Shown: positions 47,697-57,987 of the stretch, in pieces
How the letters are laid out: every line of letters begins with the position of its first letter
Position numbering within the stretch: the first letter of the stretch is position 1
Source: a virus
Length of the DNA stretch: 64,000 nt
Reading direction: 5' to 3' (one strand)
IMG/VR virus record: IMGVR_UViG_3300045988_166613
Location: 87,720-151,719 of that record
Notes under the pieces: model-generated
What the model was told of the DNA's origin: nothing
The model's database searches: none
The model's input: only the letters and a program-made list of their open reading frames with translations
Position numbers and translations under genes: made by a program

Positions 47697-50366
47697 GATA
47701 TTGATATTGATATACCATCACACAAAAGAAATAAAGTTTTTGATGCTGTTAAAAAATATTATCAAAGTATAGGTGGAGATTTAGTTAGAGTATGTACTTT
47801 TGGTACAGAAACAGCAAAAAGTGCTATACAAACAGCTTGCAGAGGATTAAAAATTAATGGAGATATAGGTTTATATTTAAGTTCATTAATTCCAGTTGAA
47901 AGAGGTAAAGTTTGGGGAATTGGTGATTGTTATTATGGTAATCCTAAAAAGAATAGACAACCCGTAACTGAGTTTAAAAACATAGTAGATGAATGGTCAG
48001 AAAAAAAAGGAAGAAGTCTTTTAGAAGTAGCTTTAGGAATAGAAGGATTAATTAATAAAAGATCATCACATGCTTGTGGAGTACTTCCCGTTAACTCAGA
48101 ATTTACTAAACATAATGCTAAAATGAGAACCCCATCAGGTGAAATAGTATCACAATTTGATTTACATCATAGTGAATATGTTGGAGATTTAAAATATGAC
48201 TTTCTTAATACTAAAACAGCCTCAATGATACAAAAAACACTAGAGATGTTAGTGGAATATAATAAAATTCAATGGCAAGGTTCTTTAAGAAATACCTATG
48301 ATAAATATATACATCCAGACGTTATAGATAGAGATAGTGAAGAATTATGGTCACAATTAAGCGATGGATTGCTAATTTCTGCATTTCAATATGACTCACC
48401 AGTAGGAGAACAAGCTATAAAATCCATTAAACCTAAAAACTTTATAGAGGCTATGAACGGTAATAATTTAATGAGATTAATGGCTGAGGAAGGTAAAGAT
48501 CAGCCTATGGATATATATGTTAGAAATAAAATAAATATAAATGAATGGTATAAAGAAATGAAAGATTTTGGTTTATCTGAAAAAGATATATCAATAGTAG
48601 AAAAGCATCTAGCACAAGATTATGGGGTATGTTCAACTCAAGAAAGAATGATGTTAATGTCTATGGATAAAAATATATCTAATTTTAATGTAGTTGAATC
48701 TAATATTCTAAGAAAAGGTGTAGCTAAAAAAATAGGTGATAAGTTTGAAGAGGCACATAAATTATTTTACGAAAAAGGACAAGCATGTGGAACTTCTAAA
48801 AAACTATTAGATTACATATGGGATGTGCAAATAGCAATGCAAAAAGGTTATGGATTCAGTGTTATTCACTCAGTTGAATATACTTGGATTTTAGTACAAC
48901 AATTAAATTTAATAAAATATTTCCCTTCTATTTATTGGAATACTTCTGTTCTACTTGTTGAATCAGGGGCTTTAGAACTAGAAGAGGTGGAAGATAGTGA
49001 CATAAAAGCAAAAGAAAAAACTACTCAATATGGTAAAGTTGCTTCTGCCATATCAGAATTACAACAAAGAGGAATTACAATATCTTTACCAGACATTAAT
49101 GAAGCAGAAAAAGGATTTACTCCTATAGAAAATAAAAATGAAATAATGTTTGGTTTAAAAGGAATCATGAATGTAAATAACAATATGGCTACAGACATAA
49201 TAAACAATAGACCATATTCTTCTATAGAAGATTTTTATCAAAGAATGATACTTACTAAAAGAACTGTAGTAGATTCTAATGGTAAGGAAAAACAACAATC
49301 TATTGTATCAAATGGTGCTATGATATCCCTAATCAAATCTGGAGCTTTTAATAATATTAGTAATATAAATAGAAAAGATTTATTAGAAAAATATATTACC
49401 ATGACAAATCCACCAAAAACAAAGTTAGATATTAGAGAAAGTACAATAGATAAAATTATAGAAATGGGAATTATCCCAACTGAATTAAAAGATTACATAA
49501 GATTATATAATTTTAATAAATATATTAAATCTTTACCATTCTTTAAAGACGAAGAAAAACAAAGTATTAAATGGTATGTGTTACAAGGTGAAGATGAGGA
49601 AGAAACTGAATACATAACCAACTTCTTTATGGAGCATTTTGAATATTTAATGCAAGAGGGAGAGGATAAAGGATATATATACAATGATGAAGGTAATGTA
49701 TGTATAGCATTAGGCACAAGTCGTAAATATAGCTTTAAAAAAGCTTATGATGAGTTAATGAAGCCTTTCTTTAAATGGTATAAATCGAAAGAATGTTTAA
49801 ATCTATTAAACAATGATAGTTTTAATCAACTAAAAAATAAATTTATGCAAGGTGGTATTAGTAAATGGGAAATGGATTCAATGAATTTTTATTACAGTGA
49901 ACATGAATTAGTAAATGTTGATACAGAAACATATGGAATTAGCAATTTTACAGAGTTACCTGAAGAAGCTAGAATTGTTGGTTTCACTTATCATAATGGA
50001 ATGAAATATCCTAAGTTTGAACTAACTAGGATTGTTGGTACTGTTTTAGATAGAGACAAAAATAAACATAGTGTTGCTTTATTAACACCAACGGGTGTAG
50101 TAACAGTTAAATTTTATAGTGGTCAATTTACTTTTTATGATAAACAAATCTCTATATATGATGAAGAAGAAGATAAGAAAACAACTTTAGAAGAATCATG
50201 GTTTAAAAGAGGTACTAAATTAATGATTACTGGTTATAGAAGAGGGGATCAATTTGCACCTAAAAAATATAAGAATAGTATCTATCAACACACAGTTCAA
50301 AAAATACTTGATATAGATGAAAATGGAATTTTAACATTACAAAGTGAAAGGGTACAAGGTGATTAA
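47697..50366 (+). CDS. dnaE: DNA polymerase III alpha (DnaE-type), exon 2
   Basis: The frame opens exactly after two in-frame TAG codons at 47691-47696. 'DIDIDIPSHKRNKVFDAVKKYYQSIGGDLVRVCTFGTETAKSAI' is the palm/fingers region. The track shows only the part from the M at 48123. Confidence 0.85.
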   Translation, partial: DIDIDIPSHKRNKVFDAVKKYYQSIGGDLVRVCTFGTETAKSAIQTACRGLKINGDIGLYLSSLIPVERGKVWGIGDCYYGNPKKNRQPVTEFKNIVDEWSEKKGRSLLEVALGIEGLINKRSSHACGVLPVNSEFTKHNAKMRTPSGEIVSQFDLHHSEYVGDLKYDFLNTKTASMIQKTLEMLVEYNKIQWQGSLRNTYDKYIHPDVIDRDSEELWSQLSDGLLISAFQYDSPVGEQAIKSIKPKNFIEAMNGNNLMRLMAEEGKDQPMDIYVRNKININEWYKEMKDFGLSEKDISIVEKHLAQDYGVCSTQERMMLMSMDKNISNFNVVESNILRKGVAKKIGDKFEEAHKLFYEKGQACGTSKKLLDYIWDVQIAMQKGYGFSVIHSVEYTWILVQQLNLIKYFPSIYWNTSVLLVESGALELEEVEDSDIKAKEKTTQYGKVASAISELQQRGITISLPDINEAEKGFTPIENKNEIMFGLKGIMNVNNNMATDIINNRPYSSIEDFYQRMILTKRTVVDSNGKEKQQSIVSNGAMISLIKSGAFNNISNINRKDLLEKYITMTNPPKTKLDIRESTIDKIIEMGIIPTELKDYIRLYNFNKYIKSLPFFKDEEKQSIKWYVLQGEDEEETEYITNFFMEHFEYLMQEGEDKGYIYNDEGNVCIALGTSRKYSFKKAYDELMKPFFKWYKSKECLNLLNNDSFNQLKNKFMQGGISKWEMDSMNFYYSEHELVNVDTETYGISNFTELPEEARIVGFTYHNGMKYPKFELTRIVGTVLDRDKNKHSVALLTPTGVVTVKFYSGQFTFYDKQISIYDEEEDKKTTLEESWFKRGTKLMITGYRRGDQFAPKKYKNSIYQHTVQKILDIDENGILTLQSERVQGD

Positions 50367-50367
50367 T

Positions 50368-52644
50368 ATGGATAATAATATAAATAGAATTAAATGCAAA
50401 GTAAAATTAAGTAAACAACTTTTTCCAAAGAGTAAAATCAACAATGGAGAGTACGGAATACTCTCTGTTTTTGTTGAAGAAGTATTACAAGGTGAACCAG
50501 ACGTAAGTAAATGGGGAACTATAACAATAACAGGAAATATGTGTGAAATAGAACATAATGAAATATATACCATTATAGCTGATGAAATTATTGATGATAA
50601 ATATGGTAAGCAATATAAATTAATATACATAGGTAAAAATATAAATTTAGATTCGGTTGAAAACCAAAAAACTTTTCTCAATAAGATTTTGACTAAAAAC
50701 CAAGTAAAAAACTTATTCAATAGTTTTGAAGATCCTTTAGAAATTATAGAAAATGAGGATGTTGAAAAACTATGTACTGTTAATGGAATAGGTGCAAAAA
50801 CAGCTTTAAATATAATAGAGAAATATAATAATACAAAAGATTATAGTTCTGCTTATGTATATTTAGATAGTTATGGTTTGACTATTAATATGATTAATAA
50901 ACTTATTGAATCTTATGGTAGTCCAGATGTTGTAATTGCAAAAATAAAAGAAAATCCTTATTTAATTGCAGATGATGTTGATGGAATTGGTTGGGCTAAA
51001 GCAGATGAAATAGCATTAAATGGAGGCTATGAAAAATATTCAATTAATAGAATAAAAGCATATATGGAATACTATCTTAAATCTCAAGCTATGGAAGGGA
51101 ATTCTTATGTCGATATAAATGATTTATTAGAATGTATAGAGGATAACATAGGTTATGAAATACCAGAAGATAACCTTAATATGGCTTTTAAAGAGATGTC
51201 AGAAACCAAAATGTGGTGTAATAAGGATAAAACAAAATTAGGATTAAAAAAATATTATTATCTTGAAAAGAATATAGCCACAGAATTATTAAGATTAAAA
51301 AATGCAACAAATAACTTTAAATATAACAATTGGTTAAATGATATAAAGGATCAAGAAGAGGAACAAGGATGGAATTATACAGATGAACAAAAAGAAGCTA
51401 TAAAAACAATATTAGAAAATAATGTAGTTCTTTTAAGCGGTTCTGCTGGTACTGGTAAAACATCTACTGTGGCTGGAGTATTAGCTGCATTAAAAGATTA
51501 TAAATTTTCGCAAACAGCTTTAAGTGGTAAAGCTAGTGTTAATTTAACAGATGTTACTGGAGAAGAAGGTTTTACGATACATAGATTATTAGGTTACAAT
51601 CCATCAAAAGGTTTTACATATGACTATAAACATCAATTAGATACAGATATCGTTATATTAGATGAATTATCTATGGTAGATGGTATTTTATTCTATAAAC
51701 TTATCCAAGCTATTAAAAGTGGTTCAAAACTAATAATGTTAGGAGATACTGGACAATTAGAATCTATAGGTGTAGCTAATGTTATGCAAGATATAATAGA
51801 TAGTAATATAATTGCCCATGCTACATTAACAAAAATACATAGACAAGCTGCTAAAAGTGCTATAATAACAGAAAGTATGAAGATTCGTAATCATGAACAA
51901 ATAACTGATTCTAAATTTACAGGAGTTGAAACAAGAGGGGAGATTAAGGATTTAATTTTAGATATATATAACAACAAAAATGAAACTTTTGATAAAATTA
52001 TAGATTATACCAAAGAAGTATTGAGTAATATAGATAATATTATGGATTTTCAAATTTTAGTGCCTATGAAAAGTAGAGGGGAATCATGTACATATAAAAT
52101 AAATTTAGAAGTTCAAAAAATAATAAATAAAAGAAAGAAAGGATTAATAAAAAAACCAAAATGTATTAATTTGCTAGAGGGTTCAAAAACTCCATATTCA
52201 TTATATGAAGGAGATAAAGTGATAAATATAAAAAATAATTACAAGACAGTTAATACTAAAGGAGTAGATACACCTATTTTCAATGGTAATTTAGGAATCA
52301 TAAAAGAAGTAGATGTAGACAATAGGACGTTAATCATAGATTTTGAAAACATAGGAGAAGTAGTTGTAAAAGGATCACATTTAAATTCAATAGAACTTGG
52401 TTATGCAATTACTGTACACAAGTCTCAAGGAAGTGGATTCAAATATGTTATATGCGGTGTGGATTATTCACATTATAGTTTATTAAATAAAGAGATGATA
52501 TATACTATGTTAACTAGAGCTAAACAAAAATGTATCTTATGTAGTCAAAATAAAGCTTTACACTATGCAATATCAAGAAGTAATGTAAGAAGCAAACAAA
52601 CATTTCTAAAGAAATTATTACAAGAAGAAAACAGCTTAGAGTAA
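50368..52644 (+). CDS. RecD2-like SF1 helicase
   Basis: HhH 'VNGIGAKTALNIIEKY', Walker A 'SGSAGTGKTS', 'ILDELSMV', motif VI 'AITVHKSQGSGFKYV'. ATG at 50368 follows AAGGTGA. Confidence 0.8.
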   Translation: MDNNINRIKCKVKLSKQLFPKSKINNGEYGILSVFVEEVLQGEPDVSKWGTITITGNMCEIEHNEIYTIIADEIIDDKYGKQYKLIYIGKNINLDSVENQKTFLNKILTKNQVKNLFNSFEDPLEIIENEDVEKLCTVNGIGAKTALNIIEKYNNTKDYSSAYVYLDSYGLTINMINKLIESYGSPDVVIAKIKENPYLIADDVDGIGWAKADEIALNGGYEKYSINRIKAYMEYYLKSQAMEGNSYVDINDLLECIEDNIGYEIPEDNLNMAFKEMSETKMWCNKDKTKLGLKKYYYLEKNIATELLRLKNATNNFKYNNWLNDIKDQEEEQGWNYTDEQKEAIKTILENNVVLLSGSAGTGKTSTVAGVLAALKDYKFSQTALSGKASVNLTDVTGEEGFTIHRLLGYNPSKGFTYDYKHQLDTDIVILDELSMVDGILFYKLIQAIKSGSKLIMLGDTGQLESIGVANVMQDIIDSNIIAHATLTKIHRQAAKSAIITESMKIRNHEQITDSKFTGVETRGEIKDLILDIYNNKNETFDKIIDYTKEVLSNIDNIMDFQILVPMKSRGESCTYKINLEVQKIINKRKKGLIKKPKCINLLEGSKTPYSLYEGDKVINIKNNYKTVNTKGVDTPIFNGNLGIIKEVDVDNRTLIIDFENIGEVVVKGSHLNSIELGYAITVHKSQGSGFKYVICGVDYSHYSLLNKEMIYTMLTRAKQKCILCSQNKALHYAISRSNVRSKQTFLKKLLQEENSLE

Positions 52645-52662
52645 AATCTAGGCTGTTTTTAT
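52629..52662 (+). terminator. rho-independent terminator
   Basis: AAACAGCTTAGA/TCTAGGCTGTTT: 12-bp stem (one U.G) with a 6-nt loop holding the stop codon, followed by a T-tract. Confidence 0.8.
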
Positions 52663-52676
52663 TTATTAAAAAAAAT

Positions 52677-52728
52677 GTTGAAATAAATTAAATAAATGAT
52701 TGACATTGTGTGAATACGGTATTATAAT
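52677..52728 (+). promoter_or_regulatory. AT-rich box + consensus sigmaA promoter
   Basis: GTTGAAATAAATTAAATAAATGA is fused to TTGACA-N17-TATAAT. Confidence 0.75.
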
Positions 52729-52790
52729 AAAGACATAAGGTTGAGAAACACAAAATACAACAAAGAGCAATATAAAAAGGAGAGAGGAAA

Positions 52791-53621
52791 ATGAGTAAAA
52801 CAAAATGTATTAAATATCAAATTATTATTACATACATAAATGGAGACAAGGAGAATGTTGGTTGCAACAATATAGATGTTAGTAACTTTAAAGCAATGAA
52901 AGAATTTTATGATACAGTAAAAGAAAAATATAAAAACAATAAAACAATAGCAACAATAGGATTTAAAGGAATAACAAGAAATGGTGATATGGTTGATATA
53001 TGGAGAGAAAAAGAAATAAACGTAGTATCTAACATAGAAAAAGAGCAAGAAGAATACATAGAAAAGAATAAAGATAGAGATGTAAGAGAAATAACTAAAG
53101 AAATTTCATTTGCATTGAATTGTTTAAAAGAAATGAAGGTATATCATAACAATAAACTTAGCGAGTGTGACTTGGAAAGATCAATATTATTACATGAAAC
53201 CGAATTATCTAATAACAAAGTGTTTGATTCACAACAAGAACAAGATGAATATGAGAAAGAGTTATTTAATAAGCTAAAACAAAATGAAATTGATAGAAGG
53301 TTTTATAAACAAACAACATCTGATTTACAATCCATGTTTGGTAAACTTAAAATAGAAGATATCATAAATAGTATTAATATGTGGGTTGATAATAGAGCAA
53401 CGTTTGATAAATCCCCAGAAGAGTTTCATGAGGATAATAAAAAGACAGAGTTTTATAAGAATGACATGGAAAGATTAAATTACATAAGCAAATATGAGAA
53501 AATGAAATATGATACAGTATTTTGGTATAAAAAGAAAAAGAAGCTAGTTTTTATTAAACATGTAGGAATGGGAAAGAAAAAGTATAACCAAGCTTCAATT
53601 CAAATTAAAGAAATGAAGTAA
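52791..53621 (+). CDS. hypothetical protein (276 aa)
   Basis: SD AAAGGAGAGAGG upstream. No recognisable motif. Confidence 0.65.
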   Translation: MSKTKCIKYQIIITYINGDKENVGCNNIDVSNFKAMKEFYDTVKEKYKNNKTIATIGFKGITRNGDMVDIWREKEINVVSNIEKEQEEYIEKNKDRDVREITKEISFALNCLKEMKVYHNNKLSECDLERSILLHETELSNNKVFDSQQEQDEYEKELFNKLKQNEIDRRFYKQTTSDLQSMFGKLKIEDIINSINMWVDNRATFDKSPEEFHEDNKKTEFYKNDMERLNYISKYEKMKYDTVFWYKKKKKLVFIKHVGMGKKKYNQASIQIKEMK

Positions 53622-53623
53622 TT

Positions 53624-53648
53624 CTTAAAATAAATTAAAGAATTAAAC
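53624..53648 (+). repeat. AT-rich intergenic box, stand-alone copy
   Basis: CTTAAAATAAATTAAAGAATTAAAC lies immediately after the stop codon. Confidence 0.6.
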
Positions 53649-53789
53649 GCTATAAAATAACTGTTTTAATTAGAATTAAGATTGCAAATTATTAATAAAA
53701 TACGATATATATTAATAGAATTATAATGGCTACGACGATAGCATTATAAAATTAATAAAATAAATACATATTTAAGGAGAAAATAAAAA

Positions 53790-54200
53790 ATGAGAGAAAT
53801 TAAATTATATTTATTAGAAGATTTTGAAGACTGGAAAGCATCATGGGAAGATGTAAAACCATTTAAAATTCTATCTGTATCAGATGATATTGAGTTATGG
53901 GATAGAGTTATAAAAATAAACAAATCATATTATAGAATTTTTTCAAGTCAAGGTAATAATTATAAAATAGAAGAAATATTGAATTTTGATTTAGATGAAA
54001 TTGATACATGGGGAGAACAAGAGATAAAATGTCCTATATGTGGATATGAAATGAGTGATAGTTGGGAATATGAAGATGATGAAGGAGAAGAAATTTGTGG
54101 AGGATGTGGTGCTACTTTAGAATGGAAAAGAGAAGTAGAAGTTACGTACTCAACAGAAGTAAAAGAAAGAGTAGAACCGATAATTTTAGGGGAGGAATAG
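53790..54200 (+). CDS. zinc-ribbon protein
   Basis: 'KCPICGYEM...CGGCGATLEW'. Confidence 0.6.
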   Translation: MREIKLYLLEDFEDWKASWEDVKPFKILSVSDDIELWDRVIKINKSYYRIFSSQGNNYKIEEILNFDLDEIDTWGEQEIKCPICGYEMSDSWEYEDDEGEEICGGCGATLEWKREVEVTYSTEVKERVEPIILGEE

Positions 54201-54202
54201 CA

Positions 54203-54517
54203 ATGAATAAACTTACAATTTCACAATTAGAGACTTTAAAGGGATATCCTAGATTTGTTAAATGTCATGCACTACAACTAACACCTATGAACACAACAGA
54301 AAATGATATTAAAAAATATTTTAAATCAAAAGCTATAAAATTAGCTAATGAATTTGATGAAATAGATTTATTGACTTGTGATAAAAAATATCTATTAGAT
54401 TTATGTAGGAGATCAAGCTTATTATACTTTAGTTTTAAATATTACAGAGATAGTAAGAATTGTAATTGGGAAGATATTCAAGAATGTTTAAACAAAATTA
54501 AAAGATTTACTAAGTAA
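54203..54517 (+). CDS. hypothetical protein
   Basis: ATG at 54203 follows GGGGAGGA. The track start at 54095 overlaps the previous gene. Confidence 0.55.
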   Translation: MNKLTISQLETLKGYPRFVKCHALQLTPMNTTENDIKKYFKSKAIKLANEFDEIDLLTCDKKYLLDLCRRSSLLYFSFKYYRDSKNCNWEDIQECLNKIKRFTK

Positions 54518-54529
54518 GGAGAATTAACA

Positions 54530-54826
54530 ATGGAATTAAAAGTATTAGATAATTTTATAATTAAATCAGACGATAACAACTACATAATAGAGGAATATGG
54601 TGTAATTAAACATAAAGAAAATGAAAGATATGGCATAAAAAAAATAACTTATCATCCAACTTTAAGACAAGCTTTTAAATACATATTAAAACAACAACTT
54701 AAAAGAGAAGAATATAAGGTTATAGATGATGTAGTTAAAAATATGGAATCTATAAAAGAAAGAATATTAAATGATATAGATAGTAGATTTACATATGAAA
54801 TTGATGAAGAATCAGATTTATATTAA
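54530..54826 (+). CDS. hypothetical protein
   Basis: SD AAGGAGA upstream. Confidence 0.6.
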   Translation: MELKVLDNFIIKSDDNNYIIEEYGVIKHKENERYGIKKITYHPTLRQAFKYILKQQLKREEYKVIDDVVKNMESIKERILNDIDSRFTYEIDEESDLY

Positions 54827-54840
54827 GGAGGAATAAAATA

Positions 54841-55107
54841 ATGAAAGTTAGAAATAAAAAGCAAACATGGGAAGGATTATCAAGCGAGTTTAATACTTGT
54901 GGATTAGGAGAGGTAATAGTTGGGTTTTTAGATGATGAAGGAATGGATTCAATGTTTATTAATGAATTAGAAGTATTCTTAGATTCTAAACAAGAGTGGA
55001 AAGACATGAGCCAAGCCTTTAAAGATAATAATATAATATCAGATAATTTTAATACTTGTTTTAGAGAGCCTAAAAATGAAGAAGAAAGAGAAAATGGATA
55101 TTATTAA
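54841..55107 (+). CDS. hypothetical protein
   Basis: SD AAGGAGGA upstream. Confidence 0.6.
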   Translation: MKVRNKKQTWEGLSSEFNTCGLGEVIVGFLDDEGMDSMFINELEVFLDSKQEWKDMSQAFKDNNIISDNFNTCFREPKNEEERENGYY

Positions 55108-55124
55108 TTTTAGGAGGATCATTA

Positions 55125-55325
55125 ATGATTAATTATTATGAAGATATACTTAGAAGAATGTGGTTATCTACAAGAGATTCTAATAATGTTACATATCAAG
55201 AGTGGCGAGAAAATATAAGTAAAAGGGTTTCTCAAAACAAATATTCAAATATAAAATCTTTTAATGATAAAGAATTAGTATTATTATTGAGAGATGTATT
55301 AGGAGGAATTTATGTGCAAATTTAA
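55125..55325 (+). CDS. hypothetical protein
   Basis: SD TAGGAGGA upstream. Confidence 0.55.
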   Translation: MINYYEDILRRMWLSTRDSNNVTYQEWRENISKRVSQNKYSNIKSFNDKELVLLLRDVLGGIYVQI

Positions 55326-55548
55326 AGTTTATCAAGCTAATAAGAATATTAGAGGAACTTGCGTGAACATACCATTAAGAAAAGATAATAAAATATTTGC
55401 AAAAGAAGTTTTGGCTAATCCAAAAATAAGAATGAAACATACTCTAATAGTTTATACAGCTATGGGAATACATTTTTATAAACCTTCAGACTTTAGAATT
55501 AGCAAAAATCAAAAGTTAAATAATAAAATAATGGGAGTTGATAGATAA
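55312..55548 (+). CDS. hypothetical basic protein
   Basis: SD AGGAGGA upstream. Confidence 0.5.
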   Translation: MCKFKVYQANKNIRGTCVNIPLRKDNKIFAKEVLANPKIRMKHTLIVYTAMGIHFYKPSDFRISKNQKLNNKIMGVDR

Positions 55549-56153
55549 TGTTAAAAGTAGGAGATAAAGTTAAAGTAAGAGAAGATTTAAAATGTGGTGA
55601 GGAATATGGTAAATATACTTTTTCTGATGCCATGGATGAATTTAGAGGGAAAATTGCAACTATAAAATATATAGACGAAGAATGTGATAAGATTTATAGA
55701 AATTATAATTTGGATATAGATAATCTATGTTTCTGTTGGACAGAAGATATGTTTGATAAAATAGAGGAGGAGAATAATATGGAAGAATTAACATTTAAAG
55801 AAGTAATAACAAATATTAAGGATGGTGAAACTTGGGAAAGTGAGACTTCATATATAAATAAAAGAAAAGGAGTTATTAATATTTGGGATAATACACCATC
55901 TAAAACAGTTAAATCAATAGCAGATGATATATTATTTACATTACAAGAAAGAAAAGAATATACATTTGAAGAGGCTTTTAAATGTTTTGAAAAAGGTAGA
56001 GAAATAGAAAGTGTGGTTAGTGGAAAATGTTTTAAAATTAGAGATAGTGTTAGTGTATATATCACTAAAGATAAAACTATCAATACGGTGAATGACGAAA
56101 TAAGACTGTTTACTCACAATGAAATAAGAGGTAAATGGTACGTAAATGATTAA
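55548..56153 (+). CDS. hypothetical protein
   Basis: TAATG overlap with the previous gene. Confidence 0.6.
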   Translation: MLKVGDKVKVREDLKCGEEYGKYTFSDAMDEFRGKIATIKYIDEECDKIYRNYNLDIDNLCFCWTEDMFDKIEEENNMEELTFKEVITNIKDGETWESETSYINKRKGVINIWDNTPSKTVKSIADDILFTLQERKEYTFEEAFKCFEKGREIESVVSGKCFKIRDSVSVYITKDKTINTVNDEIRLFTHNEIRGKWYVND

Positions 56154-56180
56154 TTAATACATATTAGGAGATGATAAATT

Positions 56181-56609
56181 ATGAATAAAAGAGAAATTAA
56201 ATTTAGAGTTTGGGAGTCATTAAATAAGAATATGCAGTATTTAAACTTTGAATTGTATGAAAATAAAGGACAAGTTAATCATTGAGTACTACCCTTAGAC
56301 CATCAATGTTGTTCAGATAAGAATTATACAATAATGAATTTAAATAACGTAGAAATAATGCAATATATAGGTTTAAAAGATAAAGATGGCATAGAGATAT
56401 ATGAGGGAGATATTTTAATTAACACTAATAAATCTAAATTGAATTTAGGAATGGATAATCAAAAATACTTAGTAATATATAAAACTTTAGGATTTGATCT
56501 TAAACCATTGTTTAAAGGTATAGCATTAAAATTCGATTACAGCGATTTAAAGAAAATAGGTAATATATATGAGAATCCAGAGTTATTAAGTGAAGAGGGA
56601 TGTGTTTGA
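56181..56609 (+). pseudogene. yopX-family gene with one in-frame TGA (codon 35)
   Basis: 'MNKREIKFRVWE...GQVNH*VLPLD...IMQYIGLKDKDGIEIYEGDIL...IGNIYENPELL' is a full YopX layout in a single frame. The stop is at 56283-56285. Confidence 0.65.
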
Positions 56610-56671
56610 TATAAAAATAAAGCTAAATAGATAATATTTCAACCAAAACAAGCCATTTTGTAGATATTATA

Positions 56672-56696
56672 TTTAAAAATAAATTAAATAATTAAT
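56672..56696 (+). repeat. AT-rich intergenic box, stand-alone copy
   Basis: TTTAAAAATAAATTAAATAATTAAT, bracketed by the 7-bp inverted repeat TGTAGAT...ATCTACA. Confidence 0.55.
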
Positions 56697-56754
56697 CTAT
56701 TTAAAATCTACATTTTAAAGATAAAAAAAATAATCAAAGTGGGGTAATACAAAT

Positions 56755-57195
56755 ATGGATAATAAAGAAATAAACACAAAAGACTTATTAGGAATAGATT
56801 TAGGATTTGAAAATTGTGAGGGGATGTTCATTCCAGTAGAAGCGTTGGATAACATATACATACAAGATGGAGAAATTAATACATATATAAATCTTAACGA
56901 AAAAATTGAATATAAAGGTTTTTATGATGATTTAACACCATTACAAAGAATAAATAAATATGATGATATAACATCTGTAAATTTAATATATAAAGATAAC
57001 GATGTAGAATATGAGATTATTAGATATAACGAATGGGAACAAGAGAATAGATATCAAACAAGCGAATTAATATCTTGGAATAAACTACATTTAGAAATAT
57101 CTAAAGATGTACTAAAAAGAAAAATTCAATCTATGAAAGATCAAGCAGCTCAATTATTACAACAAGCAGAAGAATTAGAATTAAGTATAGCTTAA
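56755..57195 (+). CDS. hypothetical protein
   Basis: SD GTGGGG upstream. No recognisable motif. Confidence 0.6.
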   Translation: MDNKEINTKDLLGIDLGFENCEGMFIPVEALDNIYIQDGEINTYINLNEKIEYKGFYDDLTPLQRINKYDDITSVNLIYKDNDVEYEIIRYNEWEQENRYQTSELISWNKLHLEISKDVLKRKIQSMKDQAAQLLQQAEELELSIA

Positions 57196-57262
57196 AGTTA
57201 TATCTAAAATGATTTACTCGTAAATGAAAATAATTTTATAAAATAAAAGGAGAATACATATT

Positions 57263-57814
57263 ATGATTAATATTTGTGTAACAGGACATAGACCTTCAAA
57301 TCCAAATTTAGGAGGATACGATTGGAATTCTGATAAAAATCAACGAATTATGTTAAAGCTTTATCAAACTGTAGAAGATATATTAAAAGAAAATCCTAAT
57401 GAAACTATTAATTGTATAGAGGGTGGTGCATTAGGTGTAGACCAAATGTTCTTCAGAAGTTGTGAAGTATTAAGAGCTAAATATCCTGAAAGAATAACTC
57501 TTGAGGTAGCAATACCATTTAAAAATCAAGCTAATAAGTGGTTTAATAAAACAGATGTAGATAGATATTATAAACAAGTTTTAATTGCTGATGATGTTAC
57601 ATTTGTAGATGAATTGGAGAAGTATCATTTAAAAGGAATAGAAAATGAAGTATACCATCCAGCTAAGATGATGAAAAGAAATATGTATATGGTAGATAAA
57701 GCCGATATAGTTATAGCAGTATGGGATGGAAGCAAAGGTGGTACTGGTAATTGTGTTAATTATGCTAAAAAAGTAAATAAAAATATTATAAGAATAGATC
57801 CAAGAGAGGTGTAA
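57263..57814 (+). CDS. SLOG-superfamily protein (YpsA/DUF1273-like)
   Basis: 'ICVTGHRP', 'GGALGVDQ' and 'AVWDGSKGGTGNCV' occur in the order typical of YpsA-type SLOG domains. Confidence 0.6.
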   Translation: MINICVTGHRPSNPNLGGYDWNSDKNQRIMLKLYQTVEDILKENPNETINCIEGGALGVDQMFFRSCEVLRAKYPERITLEVAIPFKNQANKWFNKTDVDRYYKQVLIADDVTFVDELEKYHLKGIENEVYHPAKMMKRNMYMVDKADIVIAVWDGSKGGTGNCVNYAKKVNKNIIRIDPREV

Positions 57815-57819
57815 AATTA

Positions 57820-57987
57820 ATGAGTAAAATAATAAAGAGATTACATACCTTATTATTATTCATAGAAGTATTATGTATGATATTGGTATGGTTTCAATCA
57901 AATATTAGTACGTTAAAAATAAGTTGTTTCTGTTTGATAATATGTGTATTTATAAATGATTTGAGTGAGGTAGTTAAACATGAGTAA
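57820..57987 (+). CDS. small membrane protein (55 aa, below track cutoff)
   Basis: ATG follows GAGAGGTG. Two hydrophobic helices. Confidence 0.4.
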   Translation: MSKIIKRLHTLLLFIEVLCMILVWFQSNISTLKISCFCLIICVFINDLSEVVKHE

